From Mobula hypostoma (taxonomy: Eukaryota): 64,000 bases of DNA. The DNA lies in the NCBI RefSeq assembly GCF_963921235.1, contig NC_086097.1:67272001-67336000 (forward strand). The letters are read 5' to 3'. How positions within the stretch are numbered: the first letter of the stretch is position 1; the number at the start of each line of letters is the position of its first letter. Positions 25,780-38,100 of this stretch are shown here, piece by piece. The notes beneath the pieces are model-generated. The model saw only the letters and a program-made list of their open reading frames with translations, was not told the DNA's origin and searched no databases. Position numbers and translations under genes: made by a program.

Positions 25780-26752
25780 GTCACAAGGTCAGAAGTGTGG
25801 ATGTTCGCAGATGACTGAACAATGTTCTGCACCATTTGTGACACCTCAGATAGTGAAGCAGTTCATACCCAAATGCAGCAGGACCCGGACAATATCCAGG
25901 CTTGGGCTGACAATTAGCAAGTAACATTTGATATACGCAAGTGTCAGGCAATGACCATCTCTAACAAGAGAGGCTCTAACCATTGTTCCTTGACAGTCAG
26001 TGACATCACCATCACTCAATTCCCTACTATCAACTTCCTGGGGGTTACCATTGAAGGAAACTGAACTGGTCTACCTATATAAACATCGTGGCTACCAGAC
26101 AGGTCAAAGGCTAGATATCCTGTGGCGTCTAACTCACCTCCTGACTCCCCAAAGCCTGTCCACCATCTACAAGGCTCAAATCAGGAGTGTAATGGAATAC
26201 TCGCCACTCGCCTGGATGAGTGCAGTCCATCAAAAAGCTTGATACCATCCAGTACAAGGAAGCCCACTTGATTGGTACCCCTTCCACAAGCATCCAATCC
26301 CTCCACCATCAAGGAACAGTTGCAGTAGTGTGTACTATCTACAAGATGCACTGCAACAACACACCTTACAGACCCACGACCACTACCATCTAGAAGGACG
26401 AGATCAGCAGGTACCTCGTAACTCTTGGAAATTCCCCTCCAAGTCACGCATCATCCTGACTTGGAAACATATCACCATTCTTCCATTGTCATTGGGTCAA
26501 AATCATGGAATTCCCATTGTACAAACATTGTATCATTTCTTAATGCATACATTACTAAATGACAATAAAAGAGGACCGCGTGTCCTCATAATCTAATCTA
26601 ATCTAACAGCACTGTGGGTGTAATTATATCTCAGGAACTGCAGTGGTTCAAGAAGGTAACTCAACACTACCTTCTCAAGGGCAACTAGGGATGGGCAATA
26701 AATGCTGACTTAGCTAGCGATGCCCACATCCCAAAAATAAGTAAATAAAAAA
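25780..26752 (+). mobile_element. L2/CR1-group LINE 3' portion
   Basis: atgttcgcagatgac (MFADD) and LSTIYKAQIRSVMEYSPLAWMSA. Ends gggatgggcaataaatgc...A-rich tail. Contains a ~90-bp foreign tail insert ending (taatc)n at ~26515-26603. Confidence 0.75.
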
Positions 26753-27699
26753 AAGCTAACTAAAGCATATGGTTAATCCATATGGTCAAGAGAAAAAATC
26801 CACACTGCAAATCATAACAATTTATGACATTTGGCAGGGTGTCTCAGATTATGACTTCTGTACGTGAACACAATATGTATGTCCATCGAAGCTTACATTT
26901 GGCTTACTTTATGTCATTTATCAGTGTTTGCACCGATTTGCCATCTAACCTTTAGCGGGAACAAAATATCCCAAATCACAGATAGGGAAATTGGGAAAGG
27001 AGGAGATTAGTGATACTGATTTAAAAAAATCTAATTTATAGCAATAAAAGGACAAGTTTTCAGAAAGGGTAAACAAGCATTGGAAATAATGTGTGAAGAG
27101 TTAAGCAGCATCAGTACATACAGGACTCTGGTAGGGCACATTTCTAGATATTTCATACACTGGTATGTTTGGGGGAAGTTTAAGTTTGGGAAATGTAGAA
27201 CCATTTAGTGAAATATTGGAAACTTAATGTTCACAAAGACTGGGAGAAACAGAATAGTTCAAGCAAGGAATGTACAGGAGTTCTAAAATATGTTTGAGAT
27301 ATTTTATTAGGAAAAACTGCTTATGGATAATACAATAAATATAGCCAACAATCTTACAAAAAGTCATGATAATGTGACCACACTCTACATTAGGTTAGAA
27401 AGAGAGAAAGGAAAGGCATAAAGTTGATATTACATATGATATTAAGTTTAAGTAGTAGAATAAAATTTCAGAGAAAGGATGAAAAATCCAGCACTGTAAC
27501 CTAAGATAAATTGTTAATGGGTAAATCTACAGCCGAAGAGTGGTACAACTTCAAGGAAGGTTTTGGTACAATATGAAACTACTTCTACTGCTAAAAGAAG
27601 CCATTTATGATCTTAACTCTTGACAACAGATAATATGAATGATTAATTCAAGCTAAGACAAATACCTTACAAAGAAAAGTGAAAGGCTTATGAACTGGA

Positions 27700-28330
27700 A
27701 AAGCTGTAAAAATAACTGTAAGTTAATTGAAAATGTTGGCCATTATCTCAAAAAGATTCTGTATTCAACTGTATGAAAGTGTTGTTTCAAATATACAAAA
27801 CCCTGTTGTTCAATCTCCCGTTGTAATACTGTGTTCCACTTTGGACACTGAATCCCTGAAAGATATATTAACGTTGGGAAGGCTACAGTACAGATTATCA
27901 GAAATTACACAAAGGCTCAAAGGGTTAATTTATTAAGGTAGTTTGAATGTAGAAGTGTAAGGGCTGGTCCAATCTAGATGCATAGATTGGTCAAAGGTTT
28001 CAATAAAATTGAAAGTTTATTAAAAGATTTAATAAACAAAATAAATTATTTCCCTTCACGAGGAATCCTGAAATAAATATAATTTTAATATTGGAGTCAA
28101 GAAATTTCAGAGAGAAATGTGAAAATATTTTATCCATGCGTAGTGGTAACATGAAATGCAGTCCCTCAAATAACATGCGGAAGTTTAAGTTTGATCATCT
28201 GTTATTAGTAAATGCTTCAAGGATACAGAACAATGGTAGATGAATACAGCTTATGTACAGCTTAGCTGTGATGGATCTGAATTCTGGAAGAGACTTCAGG
28301 GTCTGATTGACCCACTCCAGTTTGCATGTT
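27700..28330 (+). mobile_element. Ancient CR1 3' fragment
   Basis: Weak CR1 C-terminal similarity (IQLYES..., LKDILTLGRLQYRLSEITQRLKGL) and a CR1-like 3' end. Confidence 0.45.
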
Positions 28331-28825
28331 TGTGTGTTAATGTTTGTACCCCTTGTAAATTGATTGCAGAATTTATTAATTTATCTGTTTTAATTCATTG
28401 AATCCAATTATGTTACAGCACAGCGTGATCTAAACAAACTAACGAACAATTCTGCGCATCTTCTCCCAGCTGTACAATGCAAAACACCTAATCTCACTCA
28501 CCTCCTTACACCCTCGCATTTAATATTCCTCCATTTCAAAAAGCCATCTAATTCTCTTTTAAAAGAATTTATGGACTGTGTATCAATGATGGTCTGTGTT
28601 TCAATGATGGTTTTTTCTGTGCAATGAAATTTTTCTTGACCTCTTTAAATCGTTTTGTGATTACCTTAAATTTGTGTCCTCTTGTAACTGTCATGCCAAC
28701 TAGCGGAAACAACCTGTCACAATTTACCCTGTTATATTGGGTACTACTTTCCAGAGAGCTGCTAGGAGCTGAAAAATGAAATCAAATAATTGTACGCTGG
28801 CTTACAAAACTGGTGAGCACTAGTT

Positions 28826-28839
28826 GTTACCGTGGCAAC
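28826..28839. promoter_or_regulatory. RFX X-box-like motif
   Basis: GTTACCGTGGCAAC, a near-consensus X-box in sequence with no recognised repeat. Confidence 0.3.
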
Positions 28840-31800
28840 CTGAGCCTTTTATCTGCTGCTGCATGTTCAATAATGTCAGAACCTCAAATAATTAACACTT
28901 CCAAAAAAACTGTGGCAAAATAAATTCTAACTCCTTCAAATAATCAAGTCAATCTAATTGTTTTGTTTAATAAATAAAATGATAAAGAAATCTCAGTAAG
29001 TTGGGTAAAATGGACCTTCTCACCACATATACACTGCTTCATTAAATCAGCTGCCACATGTCAATGGGTGTCATCACATGCATATTTATGGTTGGCTGTG
29101 GTTAAGCAAGCAACTGCAGTTTTAGGGATTTTTAGTCCCTACCATAAATTGTATCATCATGCACCCTTATACAAAGACTTTTGAAATCAAGTACAAAAGC
29201 AGCTTATCCACTGACCAAGGAAACATCAAAAGGGTATTTTACAGAGAGCAGGAAGATATCTACAGATAAAAGGAAGAAACAACAATTTGCCATGCAAAAT
29301 TTATGCCATCTGACCAACAGCTCTTGAGAAGATTTCTAAAGGTGGAGAGAAAATTTCAGTGTTTGACAGTTTAGGAAATAGGTGTTAGAAAGGAATGCTA
29401 AGATAGCTGAAACCTACTTCACTGTTGAGTTCAGAGAGCTATATATCATCTCAGAACTGAAGGCCCAAAGGGCATGGAACAGGAAATAATTTCAGACAAT
29501 GTGAAGGCCGGTAACAGAATTTTCAACAATAGGGAAGTGGAGATCAGTAAGAACAGGATAAAGTGAAGAAAAAGGAAGAAGCTGGTAGAATTTTTGCAAT
29601 GTATTATTGGCAATCACATGACAAGAACCCATGTACATCTAAAGGTAACTATGCTGGAAGAACATACTGTAGGTGATTTTAAATATTCTAAATAATACTG
29701 AATTAAACTAATACATATCATGAAAGGTGGGGGGTGGATTTTCTTGTAGAAAATGTTCATTATACTTCTAATCAAACAAGGAAATAAGCAATTCCTGATT
29801 TTATTCTCAGAAGAAAAAGCCAGTTAACTAGTGTTCACAAGATAGTCAATTTCAGTGCATGAGTGAGAAAGGTCTTAATGCGTGCAAGTATAGATGGGCA
29901 AATAGGTCAGTTTGGACAGGATGGGCAAAAGGTCTTGTTTTCTATGCTTACAGCCCTATGATTCCTGGACTACTGGACTGGAGGAAGGGTGAGTTCTTTG
30001 AGATAAGATTAAAACATTGGGTTGAATGGCATAAGACCAGTGTCTTCCCTTTGTAGGATGCCAGTGCCCATACTTACCTTTCTCAGCTGTATGGGTACTG
30101 GAGTCTGCCTGCACCACCGCTAATGCTGTTCCACAAGGCTCACGCTATAAGAAGACCTTCCAAATGCAAAGTTTAAAATAACAAAAAATAATTTAAAATA
30201 TTTTTTAAAATAATTAAAAAAATATTCTAAACCACTATTAAACATTGCTATTATTTAAAATAAATGAAGTAAAACTAACCACTTCGCTTTTCAGTGAAGA
30301 TTACTGAATTTGTTCATCTGAATGGCTGGCTTAAAGTGAAGTGTTCAAGTATGAAGTGTATCTGGCCCTTCTGCTCAGTACATTACCACACTGCTCCTAA
30401 AGTAACTATCCAATCCACTGACCACCAGCAAACTCTGTAAGTTCGTTACTGAGTGTGAGAGCATGATGATCTAGAACCCAGCGGCAGGCACACTGCATCT
30501 GGATGAGACTTCTCTAGCGGACTGTTGGTTAGGAGTTGGTATAATCTGGTAGAAAGGAAGGTCGTGTAGGATTTAGTGATGAGAAATGAGCTAGCTTTTA
30601 ACTAAATGCATGAATATTTATTTAATATCAATCATAATGTGATCACATTTTTTGCTGTACTCAAGGAGAAAATGTGAAGAAACTAGTAAAATCAAAGTTT
30701 TATGTATGAGTGACTTCCAATCAATGAGACAGGCTGTTCATGGTAAGCATGAAAATCTAAAAATGAGTAGAATGTCAGACAATTAATGGCAGGTATTCAA
30801 AAATTATTTAGTGTGATCGACAATCTGTTTGAAACTTATAGGGCAGAGCTCCTGAAGCCCCCAAAACCATAGACAACTAAAGAGATAAGGAACAACATGG
30901 AACATACAAAACAAAGGCACAAACTAACAGAGATGCCCATTCGTGGGAAAAACAACGAGTGAAGAAACCAAGACAGGAAAAACAAAGAGCTATGAGACAG
31001 GACAATGAAAAGTAACTTGCAATGAAATCAAAAACAACACTCAAAGCTAAGGGTGGGCAGAAGTAACATGAGCACTTGAACATTTGTGACAGAAATATTG
31101 TAAATGATGCATATATGCACGTGAGATAATCGCTATTTATGATAGAAGATGGTTACATGGCAAATCTCTCAAGAAACTGAATATATAATAAACATGAGGC
31201 CTCAACACAATCAATGTGCGGCAAATAAATTTAATGGACAAAATGCACTATAGACAACTAAGGAGGGAGCTTGAACAACAGCCAATCGGAGTTTGGAAGC
31301 AAAAGGTAACAGTGCCTTCACCCAGGTCGAGGAGGAATCTGTTTTCTTTTCGGAGCTTGAACAGCACTATTTGGAATTTAGGATTAATTAGCAAGATCAA
31401 ATAAATATAAGGCAGGGTCTAGCAGAGTGGTTATTGTCAGAGTGGGACGGTGTTGGAATGGGGAGACTTGGCTTTGTCTCAACAGATTTGGGCAATAACA
31501 GGTGTGGGCCGCGTAAGTATCTGGTAAGCTTTTTTCTTGCACGTTTTTCATCTGTAAGTATATGGTCAGGCAGTAAGAATGGCTCTAGGGCCTATGTTTT
31601 TTGTTCTTTGTGTGAGATGTGAGAATTCTGAGAGATCTCCAACCTCCCAGATAATTACATCTGCACCAGGCGCTCTGAGCTGCAGCTCCTCAGAGAACAT
31701 GTTAAAGAACTGGAGCTGCAACTCGATGACTTTGAGGAGGAACTGAGGAGATGGTAGGTAGGAGCTACAGGGAGGTAGTCCACCCCTAGGTTGCAGGAGA

Positions 31801-31899
31801 CATGTGAATGGGTGACTGTCAGGAGAGGGAAGGGAAATAGGCAGCTGATACAGCGTACCACTGTGCCAATTCCCCTCACTAACAAGTGTACCATTTTGG

Positions 31900-31903
<4 letters not shown>

Positions 31904-31941
<38 letters not shown>
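31904..31941. repeat. (TG)19 microsatellite
   Basis: Perfect TG run inside the old CR1 ORF1. Confidence 0.98.
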
Positions 31942-31943
<2 letters not shown>

Positions 31944-33261
31944 AGGGGTGGTGGTGGTGTGGAAGAACCTACCAGGGGAAGCTGCAGTGACTGGATCTCT
32001 GATACTGAGACTGGCACTGTGTCAGAGGTGATAGGAGGTTCCATAGCTAGAGGAGTAGATAGGAGAGTCCGAGGAGTGATAGAGAGACTCAGATGCTATG
32101 TTGCCTCCCAAGTGCTAGGCCAGGGATGTCTCGGATCACATCCACAACATTCTAAAAGAGGAGAGTGAACAGCCTGATATCTTGGTACATATTGGTACCA
32201 ACAACATAGGAAGGAAAAGAGAGAAGGTCCTAATGAAAGAATTTGGAGAACCAAGTAGAAAGCTGAAAAACAGGACCTCCAGTGTAACAGTCTCTGGATT
32301 ATTGCCTCTGCCAATAATGGTTTGGCAGATGAATGTGTTGCTGAGGAACTGGTGCAGATGAAGGTGTAGCTGAGGAACTGGTGCAGGGGGCACGGTTTCT
32401 GATTTCTGGCTGGGATCTGTTCTGAGAAAGGTATGAACTGTATGTACAAAAGGGATGGGCCACACCAGACCCGAGGGGGACCAATATCTTTGTGGGCAAG
32501 TTGGCTAGAGTTGCTGGGAGAGTTTAAACTTATCTGGTGGGAGGATGGTAACTGGAATGATAGGGCTGAGGGTACGGATGTTGGTTTACAAACAGAGGTA
32601 GTGTATAGTGAAACTGTCAGGAAGGACAGGCAGATGATAAGGCAAAATTGTGGTCAGTGGGATAGAGTTGCAATGAAAAAGGGGGACTAAATTGAAGAGG
32701 GTGACAAATCCAGGACTGAAGGTGTTATATTTGAATGCACACTGCATACAAAATAAGATACTGTTGATCTTGTAGCACAGTTAAGGATTGGCAGGTATGA
32801 CATTGTGGGTATCACAGGGTCATGGCTGAAAGACAGTTGTAGTTGGGAGCTTAATATCCAAGGACACACAATCTGCACAGACAGGGGATTAACAATTCTG
32901 GATTTGGTGTTTTGTAATGAATCGGATATGATTAGGAAAGTCAAGGTAATGGAACCCTTGGGAAACAGTGATAATAATATGATAGCATTCACCCTGCAAT
33001 TTCAGAGGGAGAAACGAAAGTCAGAGTAGCACTAATACAGTGGAGTAAATGGAATTGCAGAGGGCCAAGAGAGAAGCTGCCAAAGTTGATAGGAAGGGGA
33101 CACTTATGGGATGATAGCAGCGCAGCAATAGCTGGAGTTTCTGGGGGCAATTTTGAATATACAGGATAGATACATCCCAAAGAGGAAGTATTCTAAAGGC
33201 AGAACGAGGCAACAGTGGCTGACGAGGGAAGTCAAAGCCAACATAAAAGCAAAAGAGAGGG

Positions 33262-35190
33262 CAGAGGAGGACAAAGGGCTTAATTAGGAAGGGGAAAAAA
33301 GACTATGAGAGAAAACTGGCAGAGAACATAAAAACGGACTGTAAAAGCTTTTATAGATATGTAAAAAGGAAAAGACTGATAAAGACAAATGTAGGTCCCC
33401 TGCAAACAGAAACAGGTGAATTGATTATGGGGAGCAAGGACATGGCAGACCAATTGAATAATTACTTTGGTTCTGTCTTCACTAAGGAGGACATAAATAA
33501 TCTTCCAGAAATAGTAAGGGACAGAGGGTCCAGTGAGATGGAGGAACTGAGTGAAATACATGTTAGTAGGGAAGTGGTGTTAGGTAAATTGAAGGGATTG
33601 AAGGCAGATAAATCCCCAGGGCCAGATGGTCTGCATCCCAGAGTGCTTAAGGAAGTGGCCCAAGAAATAGTGGATGCATTAGTGATAATTTTTCAAAACT
33701 CGTTAGATTCTGGACTAGTTCCTGAGGATTGGAGGGTGGCTAATGTAACCCCACTTTTTAAAAAAGGAGGGAGAGAGAAACCGGGGAATTATAGGCCGGT
33801 TAGCCTAACGTCGGTGGTGGGGAAACTGCTGGAGTCAGTTATCAAGGATGTGATAACAGCACATTTGGAAAGCGGTGAAATGATCGGACAAAGTCAGCAT
33901 GGATTTGTGAAAGGAAAATCATGTCTGACGAATCTCATAGAATTTTTTGAGGATGTAACTAGTAGAGTGGATAGGGGAGAACCAGTGGATGTGGTATATT
34001 TGGATTTTCAAAAGGCTTTTGACAAGGTCCCACACAGGAGATTAGTGTGCAAACTTAAAGCACACGGTATTGGGGGTAAGGTATTGGTGTGGGTGAAGAA
34101 TTGGTTAGCAGACAGGAAGCAAAGAGTGGGAATAAACGGGACCTTTTCAGAATGGCAGGCGGTGACTAGTGGGGTACCGCAAGGCTCAGTGCTGGGACCC
34201 CAGTTGTTTACAATATATATTAATGACTTGGATGAGGGAATTAAATACAGCATCTCCAAGTTTGCGGATGACACAAAGCTGGGTGGCAGTGTTAGCAGTG
34301 AGGAGGATGCTAAGAGGATGCAGGGTGACTTGGATAGGTTGGGTGAGTGGGCAAACTCATGGCAGATGCAATTTAATGTGGATAAATGTGAAGTTATCCA
34401 CTTTGGTGGCAAAAATAGGAAAACAGATTATTATCTGAATGGTGGCCGATTAGGAAAAGGGGAGGTGCAACGAGACCTGGGTGTCATTATACACCAGTCA
34501 TTGAAAGTGGGCATGCAGGTACAGCAGGCGGTGAAAAAGGCGAACGGTATGCTGGCATTTATAGCGAGAGGATTCGAGTACAGGAGCAGGGAGGTACTAC
34601 TGCAGTTGTACAAGGCCTTGGTGAGACCACACCTGGAGTATTGTGTGCAGTTTTGGTCCCCTAATCTGAGGAAAGACATCTTTGCCATAGAGGGAGTACA
34701 AAGAAGGTTCACCAGATTGATTCCTGGGATGGCAGGTCTTTCATATGAAGAAAGACTGGATGAACTGGGCTTGTACTCGTTGGAATTTAGAAGATTGAGG
34801 GGGGATCTGATTGAAATGTATAAGATCCTAAAGGGATTGGACAGGCTAGATGCGGGAAGATTGTTCCCGATGTTGGGGAGGTCTAGAACGAGGGGTCACA
34901 GTTTGAGGATAGAGGGGAAGCCTTTTAGGACCGAGGTTAGGAAAAACTTCTTCACACAGAGAGTGGTGAATCTGTGGAATTCTCTGCCACAGCAAACTGT
35001 TGAGGCCAGTTCATTAGCTATGTTTAAAAGGAAGTTAGATATGGCCCTTGTGGCTACAGGGGTCAGGGGGTATGGAGGGAAGGCTGGGTTCTGAGTTGGA
35101 TGATCAGCCATGATCATAATAAATGGCGGTGCAGGCTCGAAGGGCCGAATGGCCTACTCCTGCACCTATTTTCTATGTTTCTATGTTTCT
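33262..35190 (+). mobile_element. Young 5'-truncated CR1 with uninterrupted RT ORF (33421-35094, 557 aa)
   Basis: All RT motifs including KFADD, no endonuclease domain, (TTCTATGT)n tail. The host CR1 reads through across the junctions (gagagggc|atataataaagc). Confidence 0.95.
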
Positions 35191-35730
35191 ATATAATAAA
35201 GCAAAATTATTGGGAAGCTAGAGGATTGGGACATTTTTAAAAAACCAACAGAAGGTAACAAAACCATGGTGGGGGGGGCAGGGGGACGATGAAACAAGAA
35301 GGTAAGCTAGCCAGCAATATCAAAGAGGATAACAAAATTTTGTCAGATATATAAAGAGTAAAAGAGAGGTGAGAGCAGATATTGGACCTCTGGAAAATGA
35401 TGCTGGAGAGATAGTTACGGGAGCAAAGAAATGGTGGGCAAACTGAATAAATATTTTGCATTAGTCTTCACTGTGGAAAACACGAGTAGTATCCCAGAAG
35501 TTTGAGAATGTCAAGGGGCAGAAGTGAGTACAGTTGCTATTACCAAGGAGAAGGTGCTTGGAAAACTGAAAAGTCTGAAGGTAGATAAGTCACCTGGACC
35601 TGATGGACAACACCCCAGGGTTCTAAAAGAGCAAACAACAGAAATTCTGCAGATGCTGGAAATTCAAGCAACACACATCAAAGTTGCTGGTGAATGCAGC
35701 AGGCCAGGCAGCATCTGTAGGAAGAGGTGC

Positions 35731-35766
35731 AGTCGACGTTTCAGGCCGAGACCCTTCGTCAGGACT
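35731..35766 (-). ncRNA. Minimal hammerhead ribozyme motif (inverted pLTR copy)
   Basis: Reverse complement is agtcCTGACGAagggtctcggcctGAAAcgTCgact. Confidence 0.8.
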
Positions 35767-38064
35767 AACTGAAGGAAGAGCTAGTAAGAGATTTGAAAGT
35801 GGGAGGGGGAGGGGGAGGGGGAGATCCAAAATGATAGGAGAAGACAGGAGGGGGAGGGATGGAGCCAAAGGCTGGACAGGTGATTGGCAAAGGGGATATG
35901 AGAGGATCATGGGACAGGAGGCCCAGGAGAAAGACAGGGGGCGGAACCAGAGGATGGGCAAGGGGTATAGTCAGAGGGACAGAGGGAGAAAAAGGAGAGT
36001 GACAGAAAGAATATGTGTATAAAAATAAATAACAGATGGGGTACGAGGGGGAGGTGGGGCATTAGCGGAAGTTAGAGAAGTCATTGTTCATGCCATCAGG
36101 TTGGAGGCTACCCAGATGGAATATAAGGTGTTGTTCCTCCAACCTGAGTGTGGCTTCATCTTTACAGTAGAGGAGGCCGTGGATAGACATGTCAGAATGG
36201 GAATGGGATGTGGAATTAAAATGTGTGGCCACTGGGAGATCCTGCTTTCTCTGGCAGACAGAGCGTAGGTGTTCAGCAAAGCGGTCTACCTCGACACGGT
36301 TTTATCCCCCCTTGTTCAATCCCTTCCTACCTATGTTCGTGGCAGTTCTCACACTCTTAAACTTTTCGATGATTTTAAGTTCCCTGGCCCCCACCGCTTT
36401 ATTTTCACCATGGATGTCCAGTCCCTATATACCACCATCCCCCATCAGGAAGGTCCCAAAGCTCTCCGCTTCTTTTTGGATTCCAGACCCAATCAGTTCC
36501 CCTCTACCACCACTCTGCTCCGTCTAGCGGAATTAGTCCTTACTCTTAATAATTTCTCCTTTGGCTCCTCCCACTTCCTCCAAACTAAAGGTGTAGCTAT
36601 GGGCACCCGTATGGGACCTCGCTATGCCTGCCTTTTTGTTGGCTTTGTGGAACAATCTATGTTCCGTACCTATTCTGGTATCTGTCCCCCACTTTTCCTT
36701 CGCTACATTGACGACTGCATTGGCGCTGCTTCCTGCACACATGCTGAGCTCGTTGACTTTACTAACTTTGCCTCCAACCTTCACCCTGCCCTCAAGTTTA
36801 CCTGGTCCATTTCCGACACCTCCCTCCCCTTTCTAGATCTTTCTGTCTCTGTCTCTGGAGACAGCTTATCCACTGATGTCTACTATAAGCCTACTGACTC
36901 TCACAGCTATCTGGACTATTCCTCTTCTCACCCTGTCTCTTGCAAAAATGACATCCCCTTCTCGCAATTCCTCCGTCTCCGCCGCATCTGCTCTCAGGAT
37001 GAGGCTTTTCATTCTAGGACGAGGGAGATGTCTTCCTTTTTTAAAGAAAGAGGCTTCCCTTCCTCCACCATCAACTCTGCTCTCAAATGCATCGCCCCTA
37101 TTTCACGTACATCCGCTCTCACTCCATCCTCCCGCCACCCCACTAGGAATAGGGTTCCCCTGGTCCTCACTTACCACCCCACCAGCCTCCGGGTCCAACA
37201 TATTATTCTTCGTATCTACCGACACCTTCAACGGGATCCCACCACTAAGCACATCTTTCCCTCCCCCCTCTCTCTGCTTTCTGCAGGGATCGCTCCCTAC
37301 GTGACTCCCTTGTCCATTCGTCCCCCCCATCCCTCCCCACTGATCTCCCTCCTGGCACTTATCCTTGTAAGCGGAACAAGTGCTACACATGCCCTTACCC
37401 TTCCTCCCTTACCACCATTCAGGGCCCCAGACAGTCCTTCCAGGTGAGGCAACACTTCACCTGTGAGTCGGCTGGGGTGATATACTGTGTCCGGTGCTCC
37501 CAATGTGGCCTTTTATATATTGGTGAGACCCGATGCAGACTAGGAGACAGCTTTGCTGAACACCTACGCTCTGTCCGCCAGAGAAAGCAGGATCTCCCAG
37601 TGGCCACACATTTTAATTCCACATCCCATTCCCATTCTGACATGTCTATCCACGGCCTCCTCTACTGTAAAGATGAAGCCACACTCAGGTTGGAGGAACA
37701 ACACCTTATATTCCGTCTGGGTAGCCTCCAACCTGATGGCATGAACATCGACTTCTCTAACTTGCGCTAATGCCCCACCTCCCCCTCGTACCCCATCCGT
37801 TATTTATTTTTATACACACATTCTTTCTGTCACTCTCCTTTTTCTCCCTCTGTCCCTCTGACTATACCCCTTGCCCATCCCCTGGTTCCCCTCCGCCCTT
37901 GTCTTTCTCCCTGGGCCTCCTGCCCCATGATCCTCTCATATCCCCTTTGCCAATCACCTGTCCAGCTCTTGGCTCTATCCCTCCCCCTCCTGTCTTCTCC
38001 TATCATTTTGGATCTCCCCCTCCCTCTCCCACTTTAATATCTCTTACTAGCTCTTCCTTCAGTT

Positions 38065-38100
38065 AGTCCTGACGAAGGGTCTTGGCCTGAAACGTCAACT
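38065..38100 (+). ncRNA. Minimal hammerhead ribozyme motif with helix I mismatch
   Basis: agtcCTGACGAagggtcttggcctGAAAcgTCaact: core intact, two CpG-type changes. Confidence 0.7.

Noticed and set aside
30078..30144. Minus-strand exon candidate (tcttcttatag|...GAAAG|gtaagt)
   Set aside because: The peptide is unrecognised and the region looks like an old dispersed repeat; there is no independent support.
32340..32387. Duplicated gctgaggaactggtgcag
   Set aside because: It is a local slippage duplication inside decayed CR1 ORF1.
33421..35094. 557-aa RT ORF as an active or domesticated gene
   Set aside because: It is a 5'-truncated CR1 copy with no endonuclease or promoter; intactness is explained by youth.
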